From Oopsacas minuta (Eukaryota > Animalia > Porifera), in the NCBI GenBank assembly GCA_024704765.1, contig JAKMXF010000066.1, forward strand, positions 500,495-564,494: 64,000 bases of DNA. Direction: 5' to 3'. Below are positions 20,871 to 31,550 of the stretch, piece by piece. The position numbers and the translations under genes are program-made. The notes under the pieces are model-generated. The model made no database searches, was not told the origin of the DNA, and saw only the letters and a program-made list of their open reading frames with translations. How positions within the stretch are numbered: the stretch's first letter is position 1; every line of letters begins with the position of its first letter.

Positions 20871-22532
20871 CTAGTAGTCTGAAAGGTTCATGTAGTGAGA
20901 TTCATAATGTTCGCTCTTCTTAGCTGTCTCAGAACCGTGTTTAAGAGTAATATTTTTAACTACTGCTGGATACGTAGCTGGTTTTAGAACATCCCTGATT
21001 TTTTCTTCATCGATATAAGTGTAATATCCTGGTTGTGATTTCTGTTCAGTTGTTGGTTCTGGTACCTGTAGTGTAGTATATTCCCTGTTATCTTTGGCCT
21101 CGGTTGTTTTCTCAATGCTTTTATTCCTTCCCTTCCAACAGCACGTAATTATTAATGCGATAACCAAGGCAATTACTATAATCGTTAGAAATATGGTGGT
21201 AACAATAAATACTAGAGTTATAGAAGGTACAGGATTACTTTGGTTTAGGTAGCATCCACACGTATAGCTCCCATCTGTGTTAATACAAATGTCATCACAA
21301 CCTCCATTCCCATCTATACACTCATCTATATCTACACATCCATCAGCTGTTAACTTATAACCTGATTGACACTGACATGTGTGCCTGTCATTGCTAAGAA
21401 TGAAATGCTCATAACAAGAACACAAGTAGGATCCCATAGTGTTAGTACAATTATGCTCACAAGGATTGTTACTACACTCATTCACATCAGAACATGTATT
21501 CCCATCATTACTCACTAAGAATCCCTCACTACAATAGCACTGATAAGATCCTAGAGTATTCCTACAATTCTGTTCCTGACAGATAGTTACATTCTGTACA
21601 CACTCATCAATGTCATGACATGCTTGTTCAGCTTCTATCAGTGTCAGTCCGTAACCTTCTGTACAAGCACATATGTAGCTATCTGCTGTATTAATACAAA
21701 CGTTATCACAGCTAACTGACTTGTTGAAACATTGATAAGACTCAGTACTATGACACTGTGAATATGTGGAAGGAGAATCTATGCTCAAACCAGATCCCTC
21801 ACAACTTCCTATAATATCAATCCAACCATTAGCATCTACTATAGACATCCATTGTAGTTGACAAGTACAGTTTAATTGACCTCCATAAACAATTAATTCC
21901 CTAAGAGATGGTAAGTGCTGGAATGTTTCACTAGACAGATACGATATGGAATTATAACTTATGTCTATGAAGGATAAAGAAGACAGACCTCTGAAAGCAT
22001 CTACTGATATATTTACTAGCGAGCTAAACCTCCATGTTAGAGAGGATAGGAACATAAGATCACTCAACAGATTGCTATCTATTATATTGATGGAACGTCC
22101 ATCCTCTATTCTAATTATTTGTAAGTTGGGAAAATATGTAGATAATTTATTGTCTCGTGTTTCCCAATTATATCGATGATATCCCAGTTGTAACTCTGTT
22201 ATATTTGTATGTTGTCTTAGTGGATTGATATAAATTTCTGACCAATACATATCGATCGTTAAAGTAGTGATATTATCACTCAGATTCAATCGCAACTCAA
22301 AGTTTTCTGTGAAGTAAATTTCAAGATACAGCTCATGATAATGTTCTCCTACTGTACAAGATGTCAACACATTCCCAAAAACAGTAGAGTTTATAGGGTG
22401 CCCATGGCAATAAAGCACACCAGAGGAATATTCATAGCAGTAATTATTATCCTCACAAGATGATAATACTGTTGATGTTTCTAACAACACAAACACCACT
22501 AAAAGATGAAGAAAGATACAAATATTCGTCAT
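20871..22532 (-). CDS. Single-pass receptor: signal peptide, LRR, LRRCT, Ca-binding EGF repeats, TM, Tyr-rich tail
   Basis: LRR patterns (AFRGLSSLSFIDISYNSISYL), LNCTCQLQW cap, DIDEC/DVNEC EGF-Ca repeats, 25+ residue TM; intronless 553 aa. Confidence 0.88.
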   Translation of the reverse strand: MTNICIFLHLLVVFVLLETSTVLSSCEDNNYCYEYSSGVLYCHGHPINSTVFGNVLTSCTVGEHYHELYLEIYFTENFELRLNLSDNITTLTIDMYWSEIYINPLRQHTNITELQLGYHRYNWETRDNKLSTYFPNLQIIRIEDGRSINIIDSNLLSDLMFLSSLTWRFSSLVNISVDAFRGLSSLSFIDISYNSISYLSSETFQHLPSLRELIVYGGQLNCTCQLQWMSIVDANGWIDIIGSCEGSGLSIDSPSTYSQCHSTESYQCFNKSVSCDNVCINTADSYICACTEGYGLTLIEAEQACHDIDECVQNVTICQEQNCRNTLGSYQCYCSEGFLVSNDGNTCSDVNECSNNPCEHNCTNTMGSYLCSCYEHFILSNDRHTCQCQSGYKLTADGCVDIDECIDGNGGCDDICINTDGSYTCGCYLNQSNPVPSITLVFIVTTIFLTIIVIALVIALIITCCWKGRNKSIEKTTEAKDNREYTTLQVPEPTTEQKSQPGYYTYIDEEKIRDVLKPATYPAVVKNITLKHGSETAKKSEHYESHYMNLSDY

Positions 22533-22944
22533 TTATTTGTAGATAGCAACTAGTCTGTATATGTTAAGAAAATTATAACTGTTAGTAGCACAAACTGAAA
22601 GTTACTATGCATAATTATTTGTAAATTGAGAGTTTAATATAATGAGTAATGTCTACGAATTCATCCCATAATAAATCAGATGATAATAAACTTTCCTACA
22701 AGACTTACGTGTTTAAATACAATATTTTAGCTAATCTTCTATTGTAAAGCTAGAGTATTTTTTCCTTATTCCCGGGTAATATATATAGCTAAGTTTTCAT
22801 ATATTGCTGAATGTCTGAGGTAATATCTTTTGTATTTTGGTTACCGTTTTGTAAGCATAATATAATAACATAAGCAAAGCAAAGTATAGTGGATAGCATA
22901 TATATAAATACATATATTTTATATCAGATAGATATACTCATATT

Positions 22945-24081
22945 ATGATGAATTTTACCATTTTATTGGAGAGTTTTACAATTCAACAAGTTGGTATTGC
23001 GGTTATTTACGGATTTTTCATTTCGTTTAACGTAGTTTTGTTAATCTATGTTGTAAGGCGGTTTTACCTTGAATACAGGAAATATTCTCTCTGCAAACGA
23101 ACACATGAGCTAAATTCTAATGTGAGAACTATCTCCAACCAGTACCAATTGTACAACTTTACAACACAGCTTAGAAAATATTTTATAACAATATTGTGTT
23201 GTGTGACAGAAATAATGACACATTTAATAACGTTTCTTTTATGGGTGATTTATGTGAATTTAAGTGACCCTTCTGAGAGTGAAATATTCCGTGAGAGTAA
23301 TATATCGCATGATAATTGCCATTTTCCACTTTACATCTTAAAATTCTATCATTATCAATATCTCTTAATTTTACTGAACACGATTGTCTTCCTATACTTT
23401 CTCCTCTTTTCTTTACTTTCCATTCTCAGTCGTTATCTTGCTGCAAGGTATTTGAATCATGAATTTAAGCGAACGCTCATTAAATATTGTATTTGGATTC
23501 TGTTACAGCTTTTCATCGTTGCATTATGCTCTTCTAAATACACCATCGCCCTTTCATTTATCCTAGTTCCTATGTTATCTGTTATAAATTGGTTAGTATG
23601 TTTACGAGATGTCAGAATCCTCTCTCAAGTGCTCAAATCAAGTCTAATCCAAATGCATACGCATTTAGAGAGTATAGAATTGTATAATGAACAGTTGATT
23701 GGCTATAAATTATTCAGAATATTCGGTACAATTTTGCTAACTTCGTCATTCTTTCTAACGGTTGCTGTTGTCTCATCAAATATTGGAGAAATAGTTAGAG
23801 TTAATTCTGAGGGTTACTGCTTAATAAATTTGATTTATCATACACACATACATCCTCTTATTCCCGTTTCTAATGCAGTTCATGTTGTTAGAGAAATAAT
23901 AGCTCTCGTTACAGAATTGTCGTTTTCCTTATACGTTCTATCAATGAGTATACCAGTATTCGCTATGATAATAATATCAATAGTACACAGATGTGTTAAG
24001 AGGTGGAAGGATAAAGCAGATAATTACAGATTTAACTACGATAAGATGGAGCCTCTGATTGGGAAGTATAGGGCATACTAG
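22945..24081 (+). CDS. Orphan multi-pass (about 7TM, GPCR-like) membrane protein
   Basis: 378-aa ORF with about seven hydrophobic segments and no classic rhodopsin motifs. Confidence 0.65.
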   Translation: MMNFTILLESFTIQQVGIAVIYGFFISFNVVLLIYVVRRFYLEYRKYSLCKRTHELNSNVRTISNQYQLYNFTTQLRKYFITILCCVTEIMTHLITFLLWVIYVNLSDPSESEIFRESNISHDNCHFPLYILKFYHYQYLLILLNTIVFLYFLLFSLLSILSRYLAARYLNHEFKRTLIKYCIWILLQLFIVALCSSKYTIALSFILVPMLSVINWLVCLRDVRILSQVLKSSLIQMHTHLESIELYNEQLIGYKLFRIFGTILLTSSFFLTVAVVSSNIGEIVRVNSEGYCLINLIYHTHIHPLIPVSNAVHVVREIIALVTELSFSLYVLSMSIPVFAMIIISIVHRCVKRWKDKADNYRFNYDKMEPLIGKYRAY

Positions 24082-24262
24082 CCATCAGTCTTATATTTTA
24101 TATAAGATATTTCTCATATGTATTATTATTATTATTATTATTGGTCTACTTTGTATACTATCAGTTGTTCTTTAAGTATATTACAATATACAATAAAATT
24201 AAATATTTTCAACAGTAACCTCTTGTTATAACGAAGTGTTTAGTTCTGTTCAGAAGTATAAT

Positions 24263-25108
24263 ATGTTAAACAAACACTCAGAACCAATAATCACATTGGG
24301 TCATCAATGCAAGAGTCCTGGTAAGCTATTCAAACCGCACGGAATAGCTATTAATGAACAGAATACTCTCTTGTATGTTGCTGAAGGTATTGGCGTATCT
24401 CGAATTTCTACATTTACCTGTGAAGGGGATTTTGTGACTTGTTTCACAGATAAGAGAATGCTAAGTAGTACGTGGGGTATTGCTGTTATTAAGGATAATA
24501 TTTATGTAACAGATATGGACGAGGATTTATTAATCAATTTCCAACAAGAAGGTCTCTTGTGCCGTGTTACTGTTGTAGGTGGCTATGGGTCAGGGGATGA
24601 TGAGTTCAAAGGTCCCAATCAGCTGGCTGTTTCTAATAAAGGAGACATATATGTAGCTGATGTTTGGAATAACCGAATTAAAGTATTAGATAGTAATCTC
24701 ATATTTCTATATAGCATCATACATGCTTTATTAACATTCCCTGTTGATGTTCAATTGCTACCAAATGAACTGTATGTTCTCAGTTGCGAGGATTCGCCAT
24801 GTGTACACGTGTTCTCTTATAAAGGAGAAATGTTACGGTCGATGATTACCCAGGGAGACGGGATGCAAGTCCATGGAGCGAGTTTTTTCTGTCTTGACTC
24901 TGCTAATAATATATTTATTAGTGATTGGGGTTGTCATCAGGTGAAAATATTCTCAGATAGAGCACTAGTACAGGTAATTGGAGAGGAGGGTCATGAAAAA
25001 GGAATGTTCTGGTATCCTTATGGAGCTACTATTACAATTGATTCAATAATTATTATTGTATCACTGAACAGGAATTATACATTACAGATATTTGATGTGC
25101 AAATTTGA
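24263..25108 (+). CDS. NHL-repeat beta-propeller protein
   Basis: FKPHGIAI, FKGPNQLAVS..IYVADVWNNRIKV, IFISDWGCHQVKIF, FWYPYG repeats; first ATG at 24263. Confidence 0.85.
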   Translation: MLNKHSEPIITLGHQCKSPGKLFKPHGIAINEQNTLLYVAEGIGVSRISTFTCEGDFVTCFTDKRMLSSTWGIAVIKDNIYVTDMDEDLLINFQQEGLLCRVTVVGGYGSGDDEFKGPNQLAVSNKGDIYVADVWNNRIKVLDSNLIFLYSIIHALLTFPVDVQLLPNELYVLSCEDSPCVHVFSYKGEMLRSMITQGDGMQVHGASFFCLDSANNIFISDWGCHQVKIFSDRALVQVIGEEGHEKGMFWYPYGATITIDSIIIIVSLNRNYTLQIFDVQI

Positions 25109-25332
25109 TATAGTTTTTACAGATTATAGTATTCTGTATATTTGTAAATGAACGGGAAATGTTTACTTTGTAATTATTTTTAGCCAATTTACGGTTTTAA
25201 TCTGGGTATTTTTAATTCTTGACTGTTTTACTTACGTATTATTATGTTATTTTAGAACAACAAATAAACAAACAAACAAACAACAAATTTGGTATCGCTC
25301 CTCCTATTATGGTTATTCGTCGACTGGGAAAT

Positions 25333-25497
25333 ATTTCAAAATATATGGAAAGATAGTTTGAATAGAGATTTTCTAATTTTGCTGATTCCTGTGATTTAAT
25401 AAATTTTCCCTACAACAGGTGTACCATATAATCTCCCTTCTTTGAAATAAGAGTATTAGGCCGAGTCTTATGAACTCTAAAGATAAGAATATGGATA
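25333..25497. repeat. 165-bp direct repeat, copy 1
   Basis: Appears identical to 26405-26569 by eye (ATTTCAAAATATATGG...AAGAATATGGATA). Confidence 0.95.
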
Positions 25498-26404
25498 GAA
25501 AAATCAAGCAAAAATATAGAAAAATCAAGCAAAAATATAGAAAAATCAAGCAAAAATATAGAAAAATCAAGCAAAAATATAGAAAAATTAAGCAAAAATA
25601 TAGAAAAATCAAGCAAAAATATAGAAAAATCAAGCAAAAATATAGAAAAATTAAGCAAAAATATAGAAAAATTAAGCAAAAATATAGAAAAATCAAGCAA
25701 AAATATAGAAAAATCAAGCAAAAATATAGAAAAATCAAGCAAAAATATAGAAAAATCAAGCAAAAATATAGAAAAATCAAGCAAAAATATAGAAAAATCA
25801 AGCAAAAATATAGAAAAATTAAGCAAAAATATAGAAAAATCAAGCAAAAATATAGAAAAATTAAGCAAAAATATAGAAAAATTAAGCAAAAATATAGAAA
25901 AATCAAGCAAAAATATAGAAAAATCAAGCAAAAATATAGAAAAATTAAGCAAAAATATAGAAAAATCAAGCAAAAATATAGAAAAATTAAGCAAAAATAT
26001 AGAAAAATTAAGCAAAAATATAGAAAAATCAAGCAAAAATATAGAAAAATCAAGCAAAAATATAGAAAAATCAAGCAAAAATATAGAAAAATTAAGCAAA
26101 AATATAGAAAAATCAAGCAAAAATATAGAAAAATCAAGCAAAAATATAGAAAAATCAAGCAAAAATATAGAAAAATCAAGCAAAAATATAGAAAAATCAA
26201 GCAAAAATATAGAAAAATCAAGCAAAAATATAGAAAAATTAAGCAAAAATATAGAAAAATCAAGCAAAAATATAGAAAAATCAAGCAAAAATATAGAAAA
26301 ATTAAGCAAAAATATAGAAAAATCAAGCAAAAATATAGAAAAATTAAGCAAAAATATAGAAAAATCAAGCAAAAATATAGAAAAATCAAGCAAAAATATA
26401 GAAA
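25498..26404. repeat. 21-bp minisatellite (GAAAAATYAAGCAAAAATATA), about 43 copies
   Basis: 907 bp; units differ only at one C/T position. Confidence 0.98.
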
Positions 26405-26569
26405 ATTTCAAAATATATGGAAAGATAGTTTGAATAGAGATTTTCTAATTTTGCTGATTCCTGTGATTTAATAAATTTTCCCTACAACAGGTGTACCATA
26501 TAATCTCCCTTCTTTGAAATAAGAGTATTAGGCCGAGTCTTATGAACTCTAAAGATAAGAATATGGATA
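26405..26569. repeat. 165-bp direct repeat, copy 2
   Basis: Matches 25333-25497. Confidence 0.95.
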
Positions 26570-26799
26570 CAGATTTGTTTTATTGGTTATTAAGTTTTCT
26601 TACAGATTTTAACGTGTTATTTAACGAATATTCATTCCATTAAAATACATCAGAGGTAATTTCTAGATAAAATTCAATTGTAATTAGCTTCGTATTTTAG
26701 TAAAATTTAATAATTCAAATTTCAAAGATTGTATATTTGAATATTCAGGACATATAAGATTGGAGTTGTGAGAATAGAGCAAGTAAGTAAATATTATAA

Positions 26800-27105
26800 T
26801 CACAAATATATTTCTAATTCTTGTTTTTCTAGCTGTATGAATTCTTCAATATCCTTCAAGTAGGTTCTTATATCTTCCTCCAATTCTTGTTTTTGTCTGT
26901 TAAGTGCAATTTTGGATTCCTTCAACCTGAAATATCTCGTTCCCTGTCGCAACTGCTCACGTCGTCTTTCTTTTCGCATTTCTTTAACCTTATCAGGGAA
27001 TAAGTCTTTTATTTTCTTGGTAGTAAGTTTAACCAGATCTCTCCTCGTAATGGAACTGTCATTCCCTGAAAGATTTGAGTTTTGATAAAAATAAATATTA
27101 TTCAT
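26800..27105 (-). CDS. Small atypical Maf/CNC-like bZIP protein 1
   Basis: ITRRDLVKLTTKKIK (Maf extended-homology-like), RKERRREQLRQGTRYFR basic region, L-x6-L zipper; TATAAATA at 27137-27144. Confidence 0.65.
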   Translation of the reverse strand: MNNIYFYQNSNLSGNDSSITRRDLVKLTTKKIKDLFPDKVKEMRKERRREQLRQGTRYFRLKESKIALNRQKQELEEDIRTYLKDIEEFIQLEKQELEIYL

Positions 27106-28074
27106 TTCGTATTTGAGAAATTCCGATCTACAGTTCTATTTATACGTATACATTAGTATCATAGGGCGTATACATCTATTAATATAATATTAAGGATATG
27201 TTACGTTTTAAGGTTCCAATTACTGCTGCATAATTTTAGTTTACAGCACCTGTGCATCCTTTTATTAACTAAGATACCATTAAACATTTTAGCATCTATA
27301 TTATATTGACAAAAATTAAATTAACTAAACTGATACTGAAGTGTTTAGTTCGTGGAAATAGCTGAATTAATTAGTTTGTTTTAGGGGAAACTCAATGGGA
27401 ATTTTCCTGTTCACACTTTTTATAATCTCTTTAATATCTTATTTGTAAGATAATGCAATCTTGACACTGAATAATTTCTTCACAATTCTCATGATATCTA
27501 GAAATGGATTCTGGATTACAGGTGTATAAATTCGCCATTTGTATATTTTCATATACACTATACCATAGGCTGTATCCACAAGTAGGGTTGATTATTGCTC
27601 AATCTTAACACTCATCTTTTATTTTTATTATAATTTCAATTTTTCATTGCTGTAAAACAATATTTATGTTTGCCTGTTTTATTGATAGAACCGTTTGGAG
27701 CATGTTCTCAATATGATTGTTGAATACATCTGGTCCTTCATAATAACTAGACTAGTACTCTGATGCATTTGTTTGAGTACAGTGGAGGTAAAGGGCTACT
27801 ATTCAGGGTAATGTTATATTGTCTATAACACTACTTGTATGTTCTGTCCTTACGTAATTTAATTTTGTAAAATAATGCAATATAGTAAATACCTTTAATG
27901 ATATAATTATAATAGATGTTTACTAACAAGATCTGCGCGCAAAAGTTGTTTTCTTAATTGTGTGTGCTGAATGCATTGTCATTAGCGCGGGATTATGAGT
28001 AAATACACATGTATATTATTATTATTCACATTATACGAAGATACGTGAATTTATAACTGATCTTAACGTATTGC

Positions 28075-28359
28075 TTATTGCACTTTAACAGAACGAACAA
28101 CTCTGCTATTTTCCTTTGTATTTGAGTTATTCAAATCATCTATTTGGCTCTTCAAGCTAAGTATTTCATTTTCTAGATTATTTCTTTCATTCAAAAGTTC
28201 TCGTTTTTGTTTTCTTAGTCTCATATTTTGAACATTAAACTTGACTTGTTCTCTACGTCTCTCTTTTAACAGCACTTCTTTATGCTTGTCATTAATAGCT
28301 AAACGAGACAGCTCAGTAGTTGAGTAGCATACCAGATATTCCTGTAATTGTGAACACAT
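28075..28359 (-). CDS. Small atypical Maf/CNC-like bZIP protein 2
   Basis: YSTTELSRL..LKERRREQVKFNVQNMRLRK followed by four Leu heptads; ATG at 28359. Confidence 0.65.
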   Translation of the reverse strand: MCSQLQEYLVCYSTTELSRLAINDKHKEVLLKERRREQVKFNVQNMRLRKQKRELLNERNNLENEILSLKSQIDDLNNSNTKENSRVVRSVKVQ

Positions 28360-29480
28360 GAATATGTAATCGAGAACCTTCAAAAATTGTTATTATTTGT
28401 AAATTGTTTCCATCTGCACACACATGCATTTGGTTTATATATTTTCTGATTTATCTTAAACTCATTTATTACTCAACAAGTTATTACATTTTTTGAGGGA
28501 ATAATCTATTAAATCACACTAAATACAACTGTAAGCAGCTAACTCTATTCAAGGTGATGGGATATACTAAATTTATCCTCACCTAATACTCTCAGGATCA
28601 CATAGGGTCAATTCATATTGGAAAATAATTCCTTTAATAGCAGGTTAGCGTGTTAGCAAAGGAAATCTGTGCTAATTTCGACTTGCTATTTCATAGACCA
28701 ACATTACTGTATAAGTAAAAAGCAATTATTCAACTAATTCTGAAAAGGAGTGCTGGAGTGTATATAAATTTTGTCTCAATGGGTTAGAATCTATAATATT
28801 AAATCTCAATGATTGTTTGTCGGTTGTCAAGGAAAGGATTTACGGTATGCAATTTTGAAATTGTTGCATAACTATGTATTTATCGTGTTTATCAAGGAAG
28901 TAAATAGAATTCAATAAGACTTCACTAAATATATGAAACATGCTGAATCCTATTTTCACACTTTTGGATTAATCATATGTAAATTTATTGCTGTTTTTAT
29001 GAATATAAAGTAAACAAATTTCAAAATTGAGGTAGAATCATACTTTCAATGGTTATACTGAGGTAATCGAGTATGCTGAGTCTGAATATTGTAAACAACA
29101 TCAATATTATTAAATCTTAATTGTTGTTTGTCTGTTTGTTTGTCCGTTGAATACTTCGAGGCGCAATGCGCCGAGTTCATCGCGAAGCGACGAGTCAAAG
29201 GCTCGTATCAAATATATCCATTCGTGCATCAGTTATACGTAAATTTGAATGTAATATTATTTCCGATACTATGTTATTAAGATGGCGCAATACGTATTTC
29301 CATATTAATTACATTTTGTAATGCCATAGGTAAACTGGATTGTGTAATTCAGTCAGAAATTCCCGGCTTTACCTACACGCCTACAACTAGCAGGAGGGTG
29401 TTATGCCAGGAATAGTATCATTCACTGATGTAATCTTTATTATTGAAAGAAACATTTTCAAAGAACTGAAAATTTGCATA

Positions 29481-29522
29481 TATTTAAAAGTGAGTAGCGC
29501 ATGCGCTACTCACTTTTAAATA
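29481..29522. repeat. Perfect 42-bp palindrome with no spacer
   Basis: TATTTAAAAGTGAGTAGCGCA|TGCGCTACTCACTTTTAAATA. Confidence 0.95.
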
Positions 29523-29827
29523 CGTCAAAATTTGATCCCCTACTTATTACTGAACTATCAGGAAACTAATTTATTATATTTTACTTTTGTTTAGAAATGC
29601 ATACTCACCAAAAGTAAGTGTTATGTGCAGATCCTCGCTCACCGGCTGATTGTGATAGAAGATTGTATATGTATAGCGCCATAACGGCCTGTATTCATTA
29701 CATTTATAGCTAGAACGTTTGCTATCATGATATCATTGTACTTCCTTGAAATATTTAGATAATACTAGCTATAATTAATTATCAAATACACTGATTATTC
29801 AGATAATTATCAAATGTTATAGTTTTA

Positions 29828-31273
29828 ATGGCAGGCAAAGAACAAAATGACAAAGACGAAGAGCTAACAGGCCCCCTAGAGAAGATAAAGATGGAAATTC
29901 AGAAAGTCTCCGGCTGGAAATCCGAGATGGAGAAGGAGGAAGAAGAATCAATAGCTCATATAGCGAAGAGGTATGCTGTTCTCTTGTCAACTCTAGAGAA
30001 GAGAAGAGATAAATTAATCGGGAATACTAAGAAGAAATATGCTCTAGCGTTCTATGAGGCAGATCAGCAAATCTCTGAGTTGGAAACTTGTCTATCTTCA
30101 CATTTAGAACTGGTTGAACAACAAATGGTAGATGTTAAAGATGTTTCAGCGGTTTCACTTCAGTCCCTTGAGGGGAAACTTAAAGATTGGAAGTTAAAAC
30201 TTAAAGATTCTGAACAGAAACTTGATTCCTGTTCTCAAGAATTCAGTTTCAATTATAATCTGAGTAGAATTATGCTAGATCGACACGAGGTTAATTGTTT
30301 ATTAGAAAACGTAGGTACTTCTAACGTAGATATTGGCTGTACAGTGGAAGAGCATGTGTTATCTGGTATACACGGTCATTCAATACTACTTGATATGTGT
30401 ATTGATGTGAATACAGGGACTTACTACTTCCTGAAGCAAGACACAGGACAATGTGCAGAGATAGCTGTATGTACTTTTGATAGGCAAAAACTCAATGCTC
30501 TGAATGTAATACAGATTGATAGAGCATTCTCTGGCTCATTCTGGTCGTTAGGGAAGAAGAAACCTATTCCACACAGCATAACAATTAACTCACGTCATCT
30601 GTTCGTTAGTTTCCAGCATGAGAGCGCTGTAGTAATAATGACTAGAGCAGGAGAGTATATAGACACTATGAGTATTGATAAATGTAAGAATCCTCTTAAC
30701 TTGTCTATGGTAAAAGGCTTAGCTTCTGATTTAGAAGATTACGTATTGATATGTGATAGCGGGAATGATCGTGTATTAATCTTACAGCCAGATCTAAAGG
30801 CTACTTTTCCTATCTCACACAATCGTAACTCTATTCCTTATCTCTGTGCTCCAGAGAAAGTTTCTTCTGCTGGACATCAGAAATTGGTTGTTCTACACAA
30901 AGGTTATCCTCCGCTTCATATTTATAATTTCCACGGTGAAGTCATTGCTCTATTCGGAGCTCTCGGTAGCGGTATGAATCGGTTTGTACCACAGAATTTA
31001 TGCTGGATTCCTCAGCGTAAAAATATACCCGAGTTGTTCCTATGTGTTGGTGATTATGGACCTCTTCCTGATTACGTCATTGGTTTTGATTTGAGTGAGG
31101 GGATTGTCTATCATTTTGGGAGTGTAGATCCAGATCGTATTGAGGGTACAGTAACACCTCCAGCTATTTTAGCTGATCCTAATGGTATCGTGCTACTGAC
31201 TATTTCAGATAGAAATATTCTGTTTGTCATTCGTAATAATTCTGAGTTCTTTAGCTGCAATAAGGAGAACTAA
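29828..31273 (+). CDS. Coiled-coil + NHL-like beta-propeller protein (TRIM-like, no RING/B-box seen)
   Basis: N-terminal approx. 140-aa coiled coil; C-terminal PHSITINS, VKGLASD..VLICDSGNDRVLIL, PEKVS repeats. Confidence 0.75.
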   Translation: MAGKEQNDKDEELTGPLEKIKMEIQKVSGWKSEMEKEEEESIAHIAKRYAVLLSTLEKRRDKLIGNTKKKYALAFYEADQQISELETCLSSHLELVEQQMVDVKDVSAVSLQSLEGKLKDWKLKLKDSEQKLDSCSQEFSFNYNLSRIMLDRHEVNCLLENVGTSNVDIGCTVEEHVLSGIHGHSILLDMCIDVNTGTYYFLKQDTGQCAEIAVCTFDRQKLNALNVIQIDRAFSGSFWSLGKKKPIPHSITINSRHLFVSFQHESAVVIMTRAGEYIDTMSIDKCKNPLNLSMVKGLASDLEDYVLICDSGNDRVLILQPDLKATFPISHNRNSIPYLCAPEKVSSAGHQKLVVLHKGYPPLHIYNFHGEVIALFGALGSGMNRFVPQNLCWIPQRKNIPELFLCVGDYGPLPDYVIGFDLSEGIVYHFGSVDPDRIEGTVTPPAILADPNGIVLLTISDRNILFVIRNNSEFFSCNKEN

Positions 31274-31550
31274 TTAGCATGTTTGAGAGTTTATCCTTCG
31301 GAATTATGTAAATTTGTATATCAATTAATCTATTTCTGAACATTTCAATATTTGTAGAAAATATTCCATATGCATAAGAATATTTGAATATTTCATTTGT
31401 TTTGAATGAAGTCTTTACTTATACATAAGCGGTTCCCAACCTTTTTCACCTGCTGGACCCTCTATTCTAATTTTAACACATTCTGTGGACTCCTCCGTAG
31501 ACTGCAATACAAATTTTGAGAATTAATTAGTAGATTTTAATTGAGTTATC

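Noticed and set aside
25373-26471. Three 333-338 aa ORFs (RKIKQKY, CLIFLYF and FSIFLLD repeats)
   Set aside because: They arise automatically from a 21-bp unit lacking stops in those frames. The C/T variant is synonymous in two frames, but with a single variable site this is weak evidence of coding.
25333-26569. CRISPR array or LTR/TRIM retroelement interpretation of the repeat block
   Set aside because: No unique spacers and no cas genes; the direct repeats lack TG..CA ends, a PBS/PPT and an outer TSD.
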